DNA from: Macrostomum lignano
Lineage: Eukaryota
Assembly (NCBI GenBank): GCA_002269645.1
Contig: NIVC01002960.1
Location: 62,001 to 126,000 of the forward strand
Direction: 5' to 3'
DNA: 64,000 nt
In this document: in pieces, positions 1 to 11,300 of the stretch
How positions within the stretch are numbered: position 1 is the first letter of the stretch
How the letters are laid out: each line of letters begins with the position of its first letter
Position numbers and translations under genes: made by a program
The notes under the pieces: generated by a model
Told to the model about the DNA's origin: nothing
The model's input: the letters and a program-made list of their open reading frames with translations, nothing else
Database searches by the model: none

Positions 1-1226
1 GTGGCCTTCAAGAAAGTGCGGGCCTTTAAGAAGCGGTCGCTTATCCCGCACTCTGACCTCTGCCTCAAGGCTCTCGAGGAGTGTGGCGGGCTCAACATCC
101 TCACGGACTCGATCCCAGCCACCCTTCTCCTGAGCCAAAGGTATAAGGTCACCATTCAGCCTCGACACGAGGCGAGTGACAGCTGGAGCGACTCTGAAGT
201 CCACTGTTACACTGACGGCTCTATGAGGCATGGTCTTTCAGGCTTCGGAGCTTGCGTCTTCTTCAAGGGAGAAGTGGTGTGGAGCTACTCCCAGCACACT
301 GGGCTCAACTCCAGTGTTTTTCAGAGCGAGGTGCTTGCCATCAGCTCCTGCGCGGCAGAGCTGCGCCGAAGGCAGCTTAGCGGCCGGAAATTTATTTTTC
401 ACTCTGACAGCCAAGCAGCCCTTCGGGCCCTCTGCCGCAGCACCGCCAGCTCCAGGTCCGTCCTGGACTGCAACACCCAGCTCAACGGGCTTGCGCTAGG
501 CAACCAGGTGGAGCTCAGATGGATCCCGGGCCACGCCGGCTTCCTCGGCAACGAGCGCGCTGACCTGCTGGCCAAGGCTGGCTCCGCCGGCGCGCTATTG
601 GGGCCGGGCCCGGGTGCCCCCATCCCCGCCTCGGTGATCAATTCCCGCGTTAAGCGCTGGGCTGACTCCGAGCATCTCCGCAGGTGGCACGACACCCGGA
701 ATTGTAGGCAATCCCGTGCTGCCGTCCCCTGTCCCTCTCCTCTCCTGCGTAGAGCCCTCCTCAGTCCTCAGGCTCAACCGCAGAGACCTCAGAGCAGTTA
801 GCATGGCCCTCTCCGGGCATGGCTGCTTCTCTCGCCACCGCTTCCTTCAGGGCCAAGTACCCGAGGAGCGGTGCCCCTTCTGCCGCTCAGGCAGTGAAAA
901 CGCCGAGCATTTTATCTGCCACTGCCCGGTTTTCACCAGGGCCAGGCTTACTCACCTCGGGCCAAACCCGGTTCTCTCCGACGTTTGCAGGCCCGAGAGC
1001 ATCCCGCTGCTCGCCCGGTACCTCAGGGACACCGGACGAGCTGATTTCTTCCCCACCGTCGGTGAGGAGGACCGCGCTGCAGGCGAGACCGACGGGTCCC
1101 CCTGAGCGACACCACTTCAACGGAAGTCGTTGGTCGCCAGGGGCTAGCGGAATGGGCGGTCTCCTCCGCCTCCTCGCTGCATCCGCCGGACGCCCCCTGC
1201 AGCTAAGTCAAGTAAGTCAAGTCAAG
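1..1226 (+). mobile_element. 3' end of a non-LTR retrotransposon (LINE, Loa/R1/I-group-like): RNase H domain, C-terminal CCHC knuckle, 3' UTR and short-repeat tail
   Basis: RNase H motifs YTDGS, SVFQSEVLAI, FHSDSQAAL and WIPGHAGFLGNERADLLAK in ORF 1..801. The continuation in 716..1105 has LSGHGCFSRH and CPFCRSGSENAEHFICHCP. A 7-bp tandem duplication (TCCTCAG, 758-764/765-771) causes the frameshift between them. Ends in TAAGTCAAG/AAGTC repeats at ~1203-1226. Confidence 0.9.
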
Positions 1227-1824
1227 AGGCGTTTGGAATGCAATTAAGAACGCATCTGCGGGCGGTGCCAGGCTTGTTAGTGCAGCAGATAAAACAGGAA
1301 AAGTGCATTTCGGGTCGGGCGGCTCGTTTTTTTCATCCAGACGCCCGCCCAAACGCAGGAAAAGCCGCACGATACAACGCTGATATGGCCGCACCTGAAT
1401 CCTTCGCGTAGACGTACAGCAGGGACGCGGAAAACGGCGGCTGCTGCCTGGAGCTCTGCAGGCGGGTTGGGTTGGTGGGTGGAATTGATGGGTGCTGCTT
1501 TCCTGCCACAGCATGCTAACCTGACGCAAGAGGCCGGGAAAAGCCTTCGCATCAGTAGCGCGCTAGGCACTGATCTACGAGGAGGCGAGTGGTAGGTATG
1601 CACAGTGCCCTTGGGATCTGCTTTGCTATCGCTTCGGAAGATTATCGTTCAAATGTCAGGAGGCGGTGGTCAGGCCAATAAGGAACGCAATTAGTCTAGT
1701 AGTGCCAATATTAGTCCTGCTTTCAGCCCTGACTCCAGCTGCAGTACTTATACAGCCTGTACTATTCACTCAAATTACCTATACTCATGAACTAAATATA
1801 TGGACTGTACGCTGCCTTAATTAT

Positions 1825-2035
1825 TCACTCTAGTATTCACTCTACTATTCACACTACTATTCACTCTACTATTCATTCTACCATTCACTCTACTATTTAC
1901 ACTACTTTTCACCCTACTATTCATTCTACTATTCACTCTATTATTCACTCTACTATGCACTCTACTATTCACTCTACTATTCACTCTACTATTCACTCTA
2001 CTATTCAATCTACTAGTCACACTACTTTTCACCCT
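1825..2035. repeat. 12-bp tandem repeat (ATTCACTCTACT)n
   Basis: Directly visible period-12 array; it produces the spurious SRVN-repeat ORF 1817..2044. Confidence 0.95.
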
Positions 2036-3171
2036 ACTGTTCAAGCGGAGCTACAAACATTGTACTACGAGTATTTCGCCCATCAGACGTCAGACAGACA
2101 TCAATAGCAAAAGTACAGGCGCTAAAGTGCATGTGAAATTTCTATTCCAATCCTTCAACTCACCTCTACGGCAGCCGATGAGTGCCACAAGGCAGCCCAG
2201 CAGCACAAAATCAATGCAAGCATGCCTTGCTGCTTCGAAAAGAGCAACACGAACTCGACAAAATCTCTCTCTCTCCCGTGAAATAATTCTAAGCCCTGCA
2301 AGCTATAGTAGAGAGCTGAGCTTAAAACTCGTCAGAGAAGATCCTCTCGGGCGGAGAGATGTACGCCGTGGCAGAACAGGGCTGCAGGCTGATTGGCGCA
2401 CTGCAGCCGAGATAAAATTAGAGGCCGGGCGCCCCCAGAGACGGAGAGAAAGGAGAGAAAGGGCGCGGCAGACGTGCAAAAGCCAGATTGCAGCCCCGGC
2501 TTGGAAAACGGCTTGGGCTTGGGACCTCGGCCTGGTTGACTCACTCTGCAGAGCCCGCGCAGACAGAGGGCCAGAGAGCGACCCCAAATTTAGACTTTGC
2601 CGTCTCAGCCACTCCGCCCTGGGAGAGCTGCCTGCAATTTGGCATTTTTTCATGTTAATTCTAAAAGAATTTCTTTCAAAAGAAGGCTGTAACAATGCCA
2701 GTGCGGCGCGTGCAGGGTAGAGCGCAGATGTAGCGAACGACAAAGAGACGGCGAGACCAGAGAGTCAGGAAAGAAGCCGAGGGCACATCTTTTTTCCGCC
2801 AAAGCAGAGAGCCGAAAGCAGCCTTTTTATTTGCAAATGCAGTGCGAATTCAAGTCAGATATACTCATTTTTAAGCCTCGTTTGGCGACACAAGACAGCG
2901 CAGCTCTGTGGACCCCGTCAGAATCACTCGGTGTTGCGTTGCCATCTTCTATGACACAAAATATTGGACTGTCTGCTGATCTAAGCCAGCCAGTCCGTCT
3001 TTGGAAATAACATGTGAATATCAGGTATTCAGCGTAGGTCAGAAGTAAGTAAATACGAGAAAGAATATGCGACCTGCAAAATTTTCTGCTCGAAAAATCT
3101 GCAGCCTTCAAACCAAAATTATCCGAACCAACGATTCTCCAACCCACAACTGTCTCAACCCACAACAATAC

Positions 3172-3480
3172 AGCTGAGTCCCCAGCTGTCAACAAAGCTG
3201 AGTAGCTGTCAACAAAGCTTAGCAGCTGTCAATAAAGCTGAATAGATGTCAATAAAGCTGAGTAGCTGTCAACAAAGCTTAGCAGCTGTCAACAAAGCTG
3301 AGTAGCTGTCAACAAAGCTTAGCAGCTGTCAATAAAGCTGAATAGATGTCAATAAAGCTGAGTAGCTGTCAACAAAGCTTAGCAGCTGTCAACAAAGCTG
3401 AGTAGCTGTCAATAAAGCTGAGTAGCTGTCAATAAAGCTGAGTAGCTGTCAATAAAGCTGAGCAGCTGTCAATAAAGCTT
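3172..3480. repeat. 20-bp tandem repeat (AGCTGTCAAYAAAGCTKAGY)n
   Basis: About 15 visible copies. Confidence 0.95.
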
Positions 3481-3625
3481 GTATTCCACGATTTCATTTC
3501 CACAAAATTAATCGAAATAAAAAGGCAGTCAAAAGAGGCTCAAAATCGCAGACGCAAAAATCTCTGGACTAAAAAAGCAGCACGTTAACTGCGCCATCGA
3601 GTGGCAGCATTCAACGCACTGTGGA

Positions 3626-3810
3626 TGTCATGACTTATGGGGTGGGGCCGCGTGGTAGGGGTGGAGCTTGTTTAGTAAGCCTAGCTAGCAGTACGTACGG
3701 TAATGTACATGCGCGGGCCACCGTGCCCCTTGGCCTATAAAATATACAGAGCGTGGAGGGTTTTGCCTCAACTGAGTTTACTCCAGAATAAGCGAATTGA
3801 CTTCATTACA
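3626..3810 (+). repeat. 5' LTR
   Basis: TG...CA termini, TATAAAA at 3736-3742, exact copy at 7733-7917. Confidence 0.97.
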
Positions 3811-3812
3811 AT

Positions 3813-3827
3813 TGGCGACGAGAATGG
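3813..3827 (+). other. Primer-binding site, complementary to the 3' end of tRNA-Ser(GCU); overlaps the gag ATG (3824)
   Basis: TGGCGACGAGAATGG starts 2 nt after the LTR. The typical eukaryotic tRNA-Ser(GCU) 3' end (recalled, not searched) would give TGGCGACGAGGATGG. Confidence 0.75.
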
Positions 3828-6800
3828 CTTCAGTTGGACAACTAGAGCCTTACGAGGAAGGCAAAGATTGGGACGCCTATCAAGAGCGAATGGACTCTTA
3901 CATGCTTGCAAACGGCATAGAAGGCGACGAAAAGAAGAAGGCAGTGTTTCTGACATTGATTGGCGAACGATGCTACGCAGTCCTGCGGGATCTCTGCAGT
4001 CCGACCAAGCCAACAGATCTACAATACAGCGCCCTCACCGAGCACCTTCAAAAGCACTTCAAACCGAAGAAGCCAGTAATCGCTGAACGGTTCAAGTTCT
4101 ACAAGCGGGCACAAAAGGACGGAGAGACGGCTGCTCAATTTCTGGCTGCGCTGCGGAATCTGGCCGATTCGTGCGAGTTCGGGGGTTTCGAGAAGAAGCT
4201 CTCCGAGACTGTTTCGTCTGCGGTCTTCGGGACCAGCGGACCCAGCAGCGACTCCTGATGGAGGAGAAGCTCACGCTGGATGCGGCCAAGAAAATTGCCC
4301 TCGCGGCGGAGATTGCTAAGTCGGAAACGGAGCAGTGGAAATCGAGCTCAGACGTCAGCTCAGTCCAGCAGGTAGCGCCAGACTCGAAGGCGTGCTACAG
4401 GTGCGGATTGAAAGGCCACCTGTCGGCAGCCTGCCACTTCAGGACCGCAAAGTGCCACAACTGCGGGAAAGTTGGACACCTGCAGAAAGTTTGCCGCTCA
4501 GCCAAGAAAGCCTCCAGAACAACGAAAGCCGGACGGCCAGAGAACGGACCAGCGCACGCAATGCAAACGGAAGAGGAGGAGGAAGCAGCAACTGGCTGGA
4601 TTTCGCAAGTCACTGCATCGGCCAAGAAGATCAGCGTAAGCCTGCTGGTGAATGACCAGCCCCTCACCATGCAGCTGGACACCGGTGCCTGCGTCAGCCT
4701 CGTACCGGAGTCGGTGTGGAAGCAGCTCGGCCGACCTCCGCTGACACCAACACGCCTGCGACTCCGGACCTGGACGGGCGAGCCAATACAAGTCAAGGGA
4801 ACAGCCGAGGTCAGGGTCAACTACGACGGAAGACAGCATGATAAGCTGCCGCTGGTGGTCACCAGTCAGACCGGAGCCTGCCCATTGCTAGGACGCAATT
4901 GGCTGGAAAAAGTGCGACTCAACTGGACTCAGTTGTTTGCCAACCAGATCAGCCAGGCGCCGGCGCAGAACAGCGGGCCTCTCGACCAGATGCTGGAGGA
5001 GTTCGCTGATGTTTTCGACGAGAGCCTGGGGCAGTTGAAGGATCAGACAGTCGCACTGAGACTTAAAAGTGACGCACAGCCTCGATTCTGCAAGGCCAGA
5101 CCCGTGCCATTCGCAGTGCGGGACAAGCTTGAGCTCGAGCTCCAGGACATGCTCAACAAAGGGATCATCCGCCCGGTGTCCTACAGTGAGTGGGCTACGC
5201 CAGTGGTTCCGGTACTCAAGGCGGACGGCTCAGTCCGACTGTGCGGCGACTATAAACTGACGTTGAACCCTCAGCTCCACATCGACCAGTACCCGCTGCC
5301 TACGCCTGAAGAGCTTTACGAGCAGATGGGACGGGGTCAGCTGTTCTCAAAACTCGATCTGTCACAATGTTATCTTCAGTTTCCACTCGACGAAGAGAGC
5401 TGCAAGCTGACGACCATCAACACGCATAAAGGGCTTTTCGAGTACCTCCGGTTGCCATTTGGCGTCAGTTCGGCTCCTGCGATTTGCCAGAGGCTGATGG
5501 AAACACTTTTGAAGGGCGTGCCGGGAGTCTGTTGTCGCATTGATGACATCCTGGTCTCCGGTCCGTCAATGAGTGAGCACCTAGCAGCGCTTCGAGAGGT
5601 ACTGACCAGGCTGAGAGCGGCGGGCTTGCGGCTGAAGCGAATCAAGTGCAAATTTCTGCAAGAAGAAGTCGAATACCTGGGCTCGTTGCTGAGCAAGGAC
5701 GGAGTCAAGAAGCTGCCTCAGAAGGTGGAAGCAATAGTCAACAGCCCGAAGCCAGCGACAGTATCAGAGCTGCGATCATTCTTGGGCCTCGCAAACTACT
5801 ATGCTCGACATGTCAAGGACTTCTCCACGATCGCTGCTCCTCTGTATCAACTGTTGAGGAAGGAGACGGACTGGCGGTGGGCTGAGACGGAGGACCGAGC
5901 CTGGGACCATCTTAAGAAAGAACTGAGTTCGGACAGCGTGCTGACGCATTTCAACGAGCAGCTTCCAGTGGTGGTGGCCGCGGATGCTTCATCGGTCGGC
6001 ATCGGCGCGGTGCTGTCCCACACGATGGAGGACGGCTCGGAACGGCCGGTGACTTTTGCTTCAAGGACGCTGTCAGCAGCGGAGCGAAATTACTCGCAAA
6101 TTGAGAAAGAAGCCCTCGCCATCGTGTTCGCCATCAAGCGGTTCCACCAGTACCTGTTCGGCCGGAGCTTCACGATAATTACGGATCATCAGCCGTTGAC
6201 GACGATTTTCGGACCGAAGGTTGGCATCTCGCCGACTGCAGCAGGGCGACTTCAGAGATGGGCACTGCTGCTGTCAGGGTACAGCTACAGCATCCGGTTC
6301 CGCAAGACTGCTCAGCACAGCAACGCAGACGGCCTGTCTCGCTTGCCCCTGCAGATGAAGGACGACAACCCAGACGACGACGATCGGGTCTGTCAGCTGA
6401 CGGGCGAGTTTCCATTGACGGCGGCGGATGTAGCGGCAGCAACGAAGCGGGATGACGAGCTCCGAGATGTTCTCCGGATGATAATGACTGGCTGGCCAGA
6501 GTCGGTTCCGCCGCGGCTCGAGCCCTACTTTCGTCGTCGACTAGAACTAAGCGTGGAAGACGGCTGCGTGATCTGGGGAACTCGCGTGCTGGTTCCGGAA
6601 GCGTTGCGACCTGGAGTTCTGCGCGAGTTACACGTGGAACATTTCGGCATGGCCCGGATGAAAAGTGTCGCCAGAACCTTCGTCTGGTGGCCAGGAATGG
6701 ATTCTGACATCGAGTCGGTTGCCAGCAGCTGCCAAGCCTGCCAATCCGTTAAGCTGCATCCGGTGCTGGCTCCACTGCACCCCTGGGTGTGGCCAGACCA

Positions 6801-7700
6801 GCCCTGGGACCGCATCCACGTTGACTTTGCCGGGCCGGTTCGAGGCCGCCAGTTTCTCCTCGTAGTCGACGCGCACTCAAAGTGGCCGCATGTGGAGGCC
6901 GTGTCAACACTCGAATCGGCCGAGCTGGTTCGCAAGCTGCGAGTGTTGTTTGCACAATGGGGCCGCCGAGAGAACTGGTATCGGACAACGGTCCAGCATT
7001 CATCAGTCAAGGATTTAGCGATTTATGCAAAGCAAATGGAATTCGCCACACAAGAAGCAGTCCATATCACGCCAAGACCAACGGACTGGTGGAACGGCTG
7101 GTGAAGTCGTTCAAGATGGCCATGGAGGCGTCACGGAGCAGTCAGCCGGACCTCGACATCCGCCTGTGCAACTGGCTGCTGGGCTACCGAGCTAGCCCGC
7201 ACCCAACGACCGGTCGGACACCAGCGGAGCTCTTCCTGAAGCGGCAGCTCCGGACTCGAATGGACCTGCTGCGGCCGTCAGCCCGGGATCGAGTACTGCG
7301 GGAGCAATCTGCCCAGAAACGACAGCACGACCGGCGGTCGCGGGAGCTGCCGGAGGAGCCGTGGTCGGAGGCCTGGGCCAGGGACTACCGGCCTAATGCG
7401 GCGGCCTGGCAACCAGCAAAAGTTCTCGAGCAGACTGGGCCGCTGAGCTTCCGAGTCGAAACGAGCGACGGCCTGACCTGGCGCCGTCATGCCGACCAAC
7501 TGCGGGGCCGGCGAGTTGAGAGCGACAAACCTGACGGTCCGGCAGCCGGGACCGAGCCAGCTGAAGCTGCGGACTCGACCGGGACCGGCGCGGAGCACCC
7601 GGAGCCGGAGCCGCCAGACGCGCCCTGCGGACTGCAGCCTGCACGCCGGCGACGGCCACCTGAGAAGCTGACCTACTCGAAACTCGGGAGCTGTGATTGA
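3824..7700 (+). CDS. gag-pol: Gag-Pol polyprotein, interrupted by two -1 frame changes at 4181-4189 and 6959-6962
   Basis: Mag-type Gag start MASVGQLEPYEEGKDWDAYQER; two CCHC knuckles (CYRCGLKGHLSAAC, CHNCGKVGHLQKVC); protease LDTGA; RT WATPVVPV/LPFGVSSAP/RIDDILV; RNase H ADASSVGIGAVL; integrase IHVDFAGP...VSDNG...NGLVER. Built from ORFs 3797..4258, 4171..7104 and 6882..7700. Confidence 0.95.
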
Positions 7701-7719
7701 TAGGAAGCGGACTTCTTCT

Positions 7720-7732
7720 GAGAGGGGAAAAG
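7720..7732 (+). other. Polypurine tract
   Basis: GAGAGGGGAAAAG immediately 5' of the 3' LTR. Confidence 0.9.
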
Positions 7733-7917
7733 TGTCATGACTTATGGGGTGGGGCCGCGTGGTAGGGGTGGAGCTTGTTTAGTAAGCCTAGCTAGCAGTA
7801 CGTACGGTAATGTACATGCGCGGGCCACCGTGCCCCTTGGCCTATAAAATATACAGAGCGTGGAGGGTTTTGCCTCAACTGAGTTTACTCCAGAATAAGC
7901 GAATTGACTTCATTACA
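7733..7917 (+). repeat. 3' LTR
   Basis: Copy of 3626-3810, followed by the TSD GTGGA. Confidence 0.97.
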
Positions 7918-8381
7918 GTGGATTGCTTCTTTTCCGTGTAATTCAGCCAGTTAGGATTTGGCAAAGCAGTTGCTGGTCGTCATCGCATCGCACCAGCTAA
8001 TTGAACTCTTTCAAACTCTTCAGACAAAATTGACAGTTAGTTGCAAAATTGTGTTGGAAAAACGTATACTACTATTTTGTACTACTTAAAACAGTGCAGG
8101 CAGAATCACAATGACAATCGAATGGCAAACTGTATACATGATTTCGCTGCAGACATTTATCGCAGACGGAAATTAACAAAGGTGGTTTAGCAGCAGAGAA
8201 GCAGCAAAGTACATGCTGAAACAGAACCGGAATGCCGGGGCTACTCGTTCCGTTCATCAGCTTCCAATGCTTATGAATACAATGTAGAGCATGGCGAAGC
8301 GCTAGAAAGCAGAGCGACCGATTGCATAGAAGGTTTTTCTAAAGATTATACATGCAAATAAAGTAAGAGTAATCAGAATCA

Positions 8382-11300
8382 TCAGGTCAGGATGTCGGAC
8401 AGAGACTGGAACTTTGGTCCCCAGGCGTCCAGCGTCGGTCTCAAGTCGATGGAGCTGTCCGTGTCGGCCGACACCAGGCTCACCTGATCCAGGTCGGCCG
8501 CGTCGTCGTCCCGCGTGTCCTCGTAGCCGTAGTTCAGCGTCTCGTCACCAGCGGCTGCGTCCGGGGCTCCTGGTTGACGCTGTCTGGCGCCACAGGCTGG
8601 GTGGGCGGCACGCCAATCGGACGCTCCGGGTCGGCTGGAGCGCGGGCTGCAGCTTTTGGGGGTGTTTGTTGGTTGGTTGGTTGATTGGTTGGTTGGTTGG
8701 TTGGTTGGATGGTTGGTTGGTTGGATGGTTGGTTGGTTGGATGGTTGGTTGGTTGGTTGGTTGGTTGGTTGATTGGTTGGTTGGTTGGTTGGTTGATTGG
8801 TTGGTTGGTTGGTTGTTTGGTTGGTTGGTTGGTTGGTTGGTTGGTTGGTTGGTTGATTGGTTGGTTGGTTGGTTGGTTGGATGGTTGGTTGGTTGGATGG
8901 TTGGTTGGTTGGTTGGTTGGTTGGTTGATTGGTTGGTTGGTTGGTTGGTTGGTTGGTTGGTTGGTTGATTGGTTGGTTGGTTGGTTGTTTGGTTGGTTGG
9001 TTGGTTGGTTGGTTGGTTGGTTGGTTGGTTGGTTGGTTGGTTGGTTGGTTGGTTGGTTGGTTAAATGGTTGGTTGTTTGGTTGGTTGGTTGGTTGGTTCG
9101 TTCGTTCGTTCGTTCGTTTGTTGGTTGGTTGTTTGGTTGGTTGGTTGGTTGATTGGTTAATTGGTTGGTTGGTTGGTTGGTTGGTTGGTTGGTTGGTTGG
9201 TTGGTTGGTTGGTTGGTTAAATGGTTGGTTGGTTGGTTGGTTGGTTAAATGGTTGGTTGTTTGGTTGGTTGGTTGGTTGGTTCGTTCGTTCGTTCGTTCG
9301 TTTGTTGGTTGGTTGTTTGGTTGGTTGGTTGGTTGATTGGTTGATTGGTTGGTTGGTTGGTTGGTTGGTTGGTTGGTTGGTTGGTTGGTTGGTTGGTTGG
9401 TTGGTTGGTTGGTTGGTTGTTTGGTTGGTTGGTTGGTTGGTTCGTTCGTTTGTTGGTTGGTTGTTTGGTTGGTTGGTTGGTTGATTGGTTGATTGGTTGG
9501 TTGGTTGGTTGGTTGGTTGGTTTTTTTTTGGTTGGATAGTCTTTTGTCATTTTGCTTCCTGTCAGTGCGGCTTCCCAGTGCTGAAGCTCTTAGTTGAAGA
9601 ATGGAACCAGTTTCATCTGGCAATAAAGCATGTTGGAAACTTACAAGGCGCCGATGAATGAACCGGTTGAAAGTTCGGCAGGCCTCCGTTGCTGTCCTTC
9701 TGAGCGGGTGGAAATTGCAGACTCAGCGGTCCTTTGTAGTCCTCGGGAGCTGAAGTAAAGTGAGTCTGATCAGTGACTCTTGGCGCTTAGAGTGAAACAG
9801 CAATGGTTGGTGGGTCAGAAGATTTACTCACGGACGCCGTCATTTCCGGTGTCATCTCCCATGTCCTGGTTTATCTGCTCGATGTCGCTCTTAGGAGCCT
9901 CGGACCCCCTTTGCTTTCGTGACCGCTTTACAAATGCAAGGAGAATCAACAGGACGATGATGAAGAAAACCACGATGGCAATGATGAGCCACACCCACCA
10001 CTGCACCGCGGCAGTGGAAGGTGCTGGTGTGTTTTCGCCGCCAACTCGGCACATGCGGCTGGTGACCCCCGGCGGGCAGATGCACTCGAATCCCAGGTTG
10101 ACGCCCGTCGCCCGGCACGACCCGCCGCTCGGGCAGCTGATGTTGAACTTGCTGCACGGGTTCACGGCAACGCAGCTCTTGCCCGCGTCTCTCTCCTGTC
10201 CTGCTGGACACTCGCAGGTCATCTTGCCCCAGAGTCTCCGACAGACTTCCATTGATGGACAGTCGCAGGGAGGCGTCAGGTCCACACCGTCGGGACCGAC
10301 TCTGGCATCGCTGGCCAGCACTGGCGTGATGAAGCCACTTGTCGCCTCATTGATAGACCGATCTGCAGCATCCGTAGTTGTAGACATGTACGTGCCGGAG
10401 ACGCGGATGTTCCGCAGCCAGCCTGAGCGAATTCAGTGGAGAGGTGCTAATTGGTTCAATCAAGGTAGGAAACTGACACACTGGCACAGACATTGACTTA
10501 CTGCTGGCGATCTGGGCCGTCAAGTCCAAATTCGAGAGGTCGGCCACGGTTCGGCCCAGGTCGTGCAGCCTGTCGACCCCGTCAACTCTCAGCTTGAGCA
10601 CGGCTTGCCTGGTGGCGGCAAACACGGAGTGCCACTCGCCATCGTCGACTCTGATTGGCGGAAACGCGAAGCAGCTGGACGAGTCGATGCAGAGCTGCAG
10701 CAAGCCGTCCGAAATCTGGAGTCAGGGGAGGAAAATATTTGTATAAATTGAAGTTATGAGCTTCTTGGCTTCAGTTTAAAAAATTTCAGCTCACATCCAA
10801 GCTCTGACTCAGAACGGTTGAACGTGCCGAATTCTTGATTACAGCATGCAGGACGCCAGTCGATGCACTGACTCGAGTTCGCAGCTCCAACTCGATGGAT
10901 ACGGAATTTTTATCGCTTAATGGTAGCGAATTGTTCGGGTTCTCGAACCAGATGCTCGTATTGTTTGATGCGGTGCTGATTATCAGCGGATCTGCAGTCG
11001 AAACGTTTTCAAAATTCAGGCTTTCTAAGAAAACCTTTCGTCTAATGTAGGAAATGTCTCACCTTTGGTGCACGCATTCCAGGTTTCGTTTCTCTTGCAT
11101 AATTCGCTGCCAATAATTGTCTCTACCATTTTTCTCTTCGACCCAAGGCATTCGCAGTTGCAGTCCATCGGAGCTGAGGGATCGTTCTTGATGACCCCGT
11201 AGCACACCGACTGCGCTCCACAGACGTACGGGCGGCTGGACCGCGCACCAGCCGAACCCGTGCATGTTTCGTTCTGTAGCCCACAGAAAGCTCCTATCGT

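Larger units (their letters stand above)
3626..7917 (+). mobile_element. Full-length Ty3/Gypsy (Mag-clade-like) LTR retrotransposon
   Basis: 185-bp LTRs TGTCA...TTACA at 3626-3810 and 7733-7917, identical by eye. 5-bp TSD GTGGA at 3621-3625 and 7918-7922. PBS, PPT, and gag-PR-RT-RH-IN domain order. Confidence 0.98.

Noticed and set aside
1751-2124. Possible TA-flanked MITE with 11-bp termini CAGCCTGTACT / AGTACAGGCGC
   Set aside because: Only 9 of 11 bases match, the mismatches are at the terminal positions, and there is no second copy in the window.
2127-3195. ORFs 2127..2720, 2303..2743 and 2827..3195
   Set aside because: No recognisable domain, no codon bias and no splice support; probably non-coding or decayed repeat.
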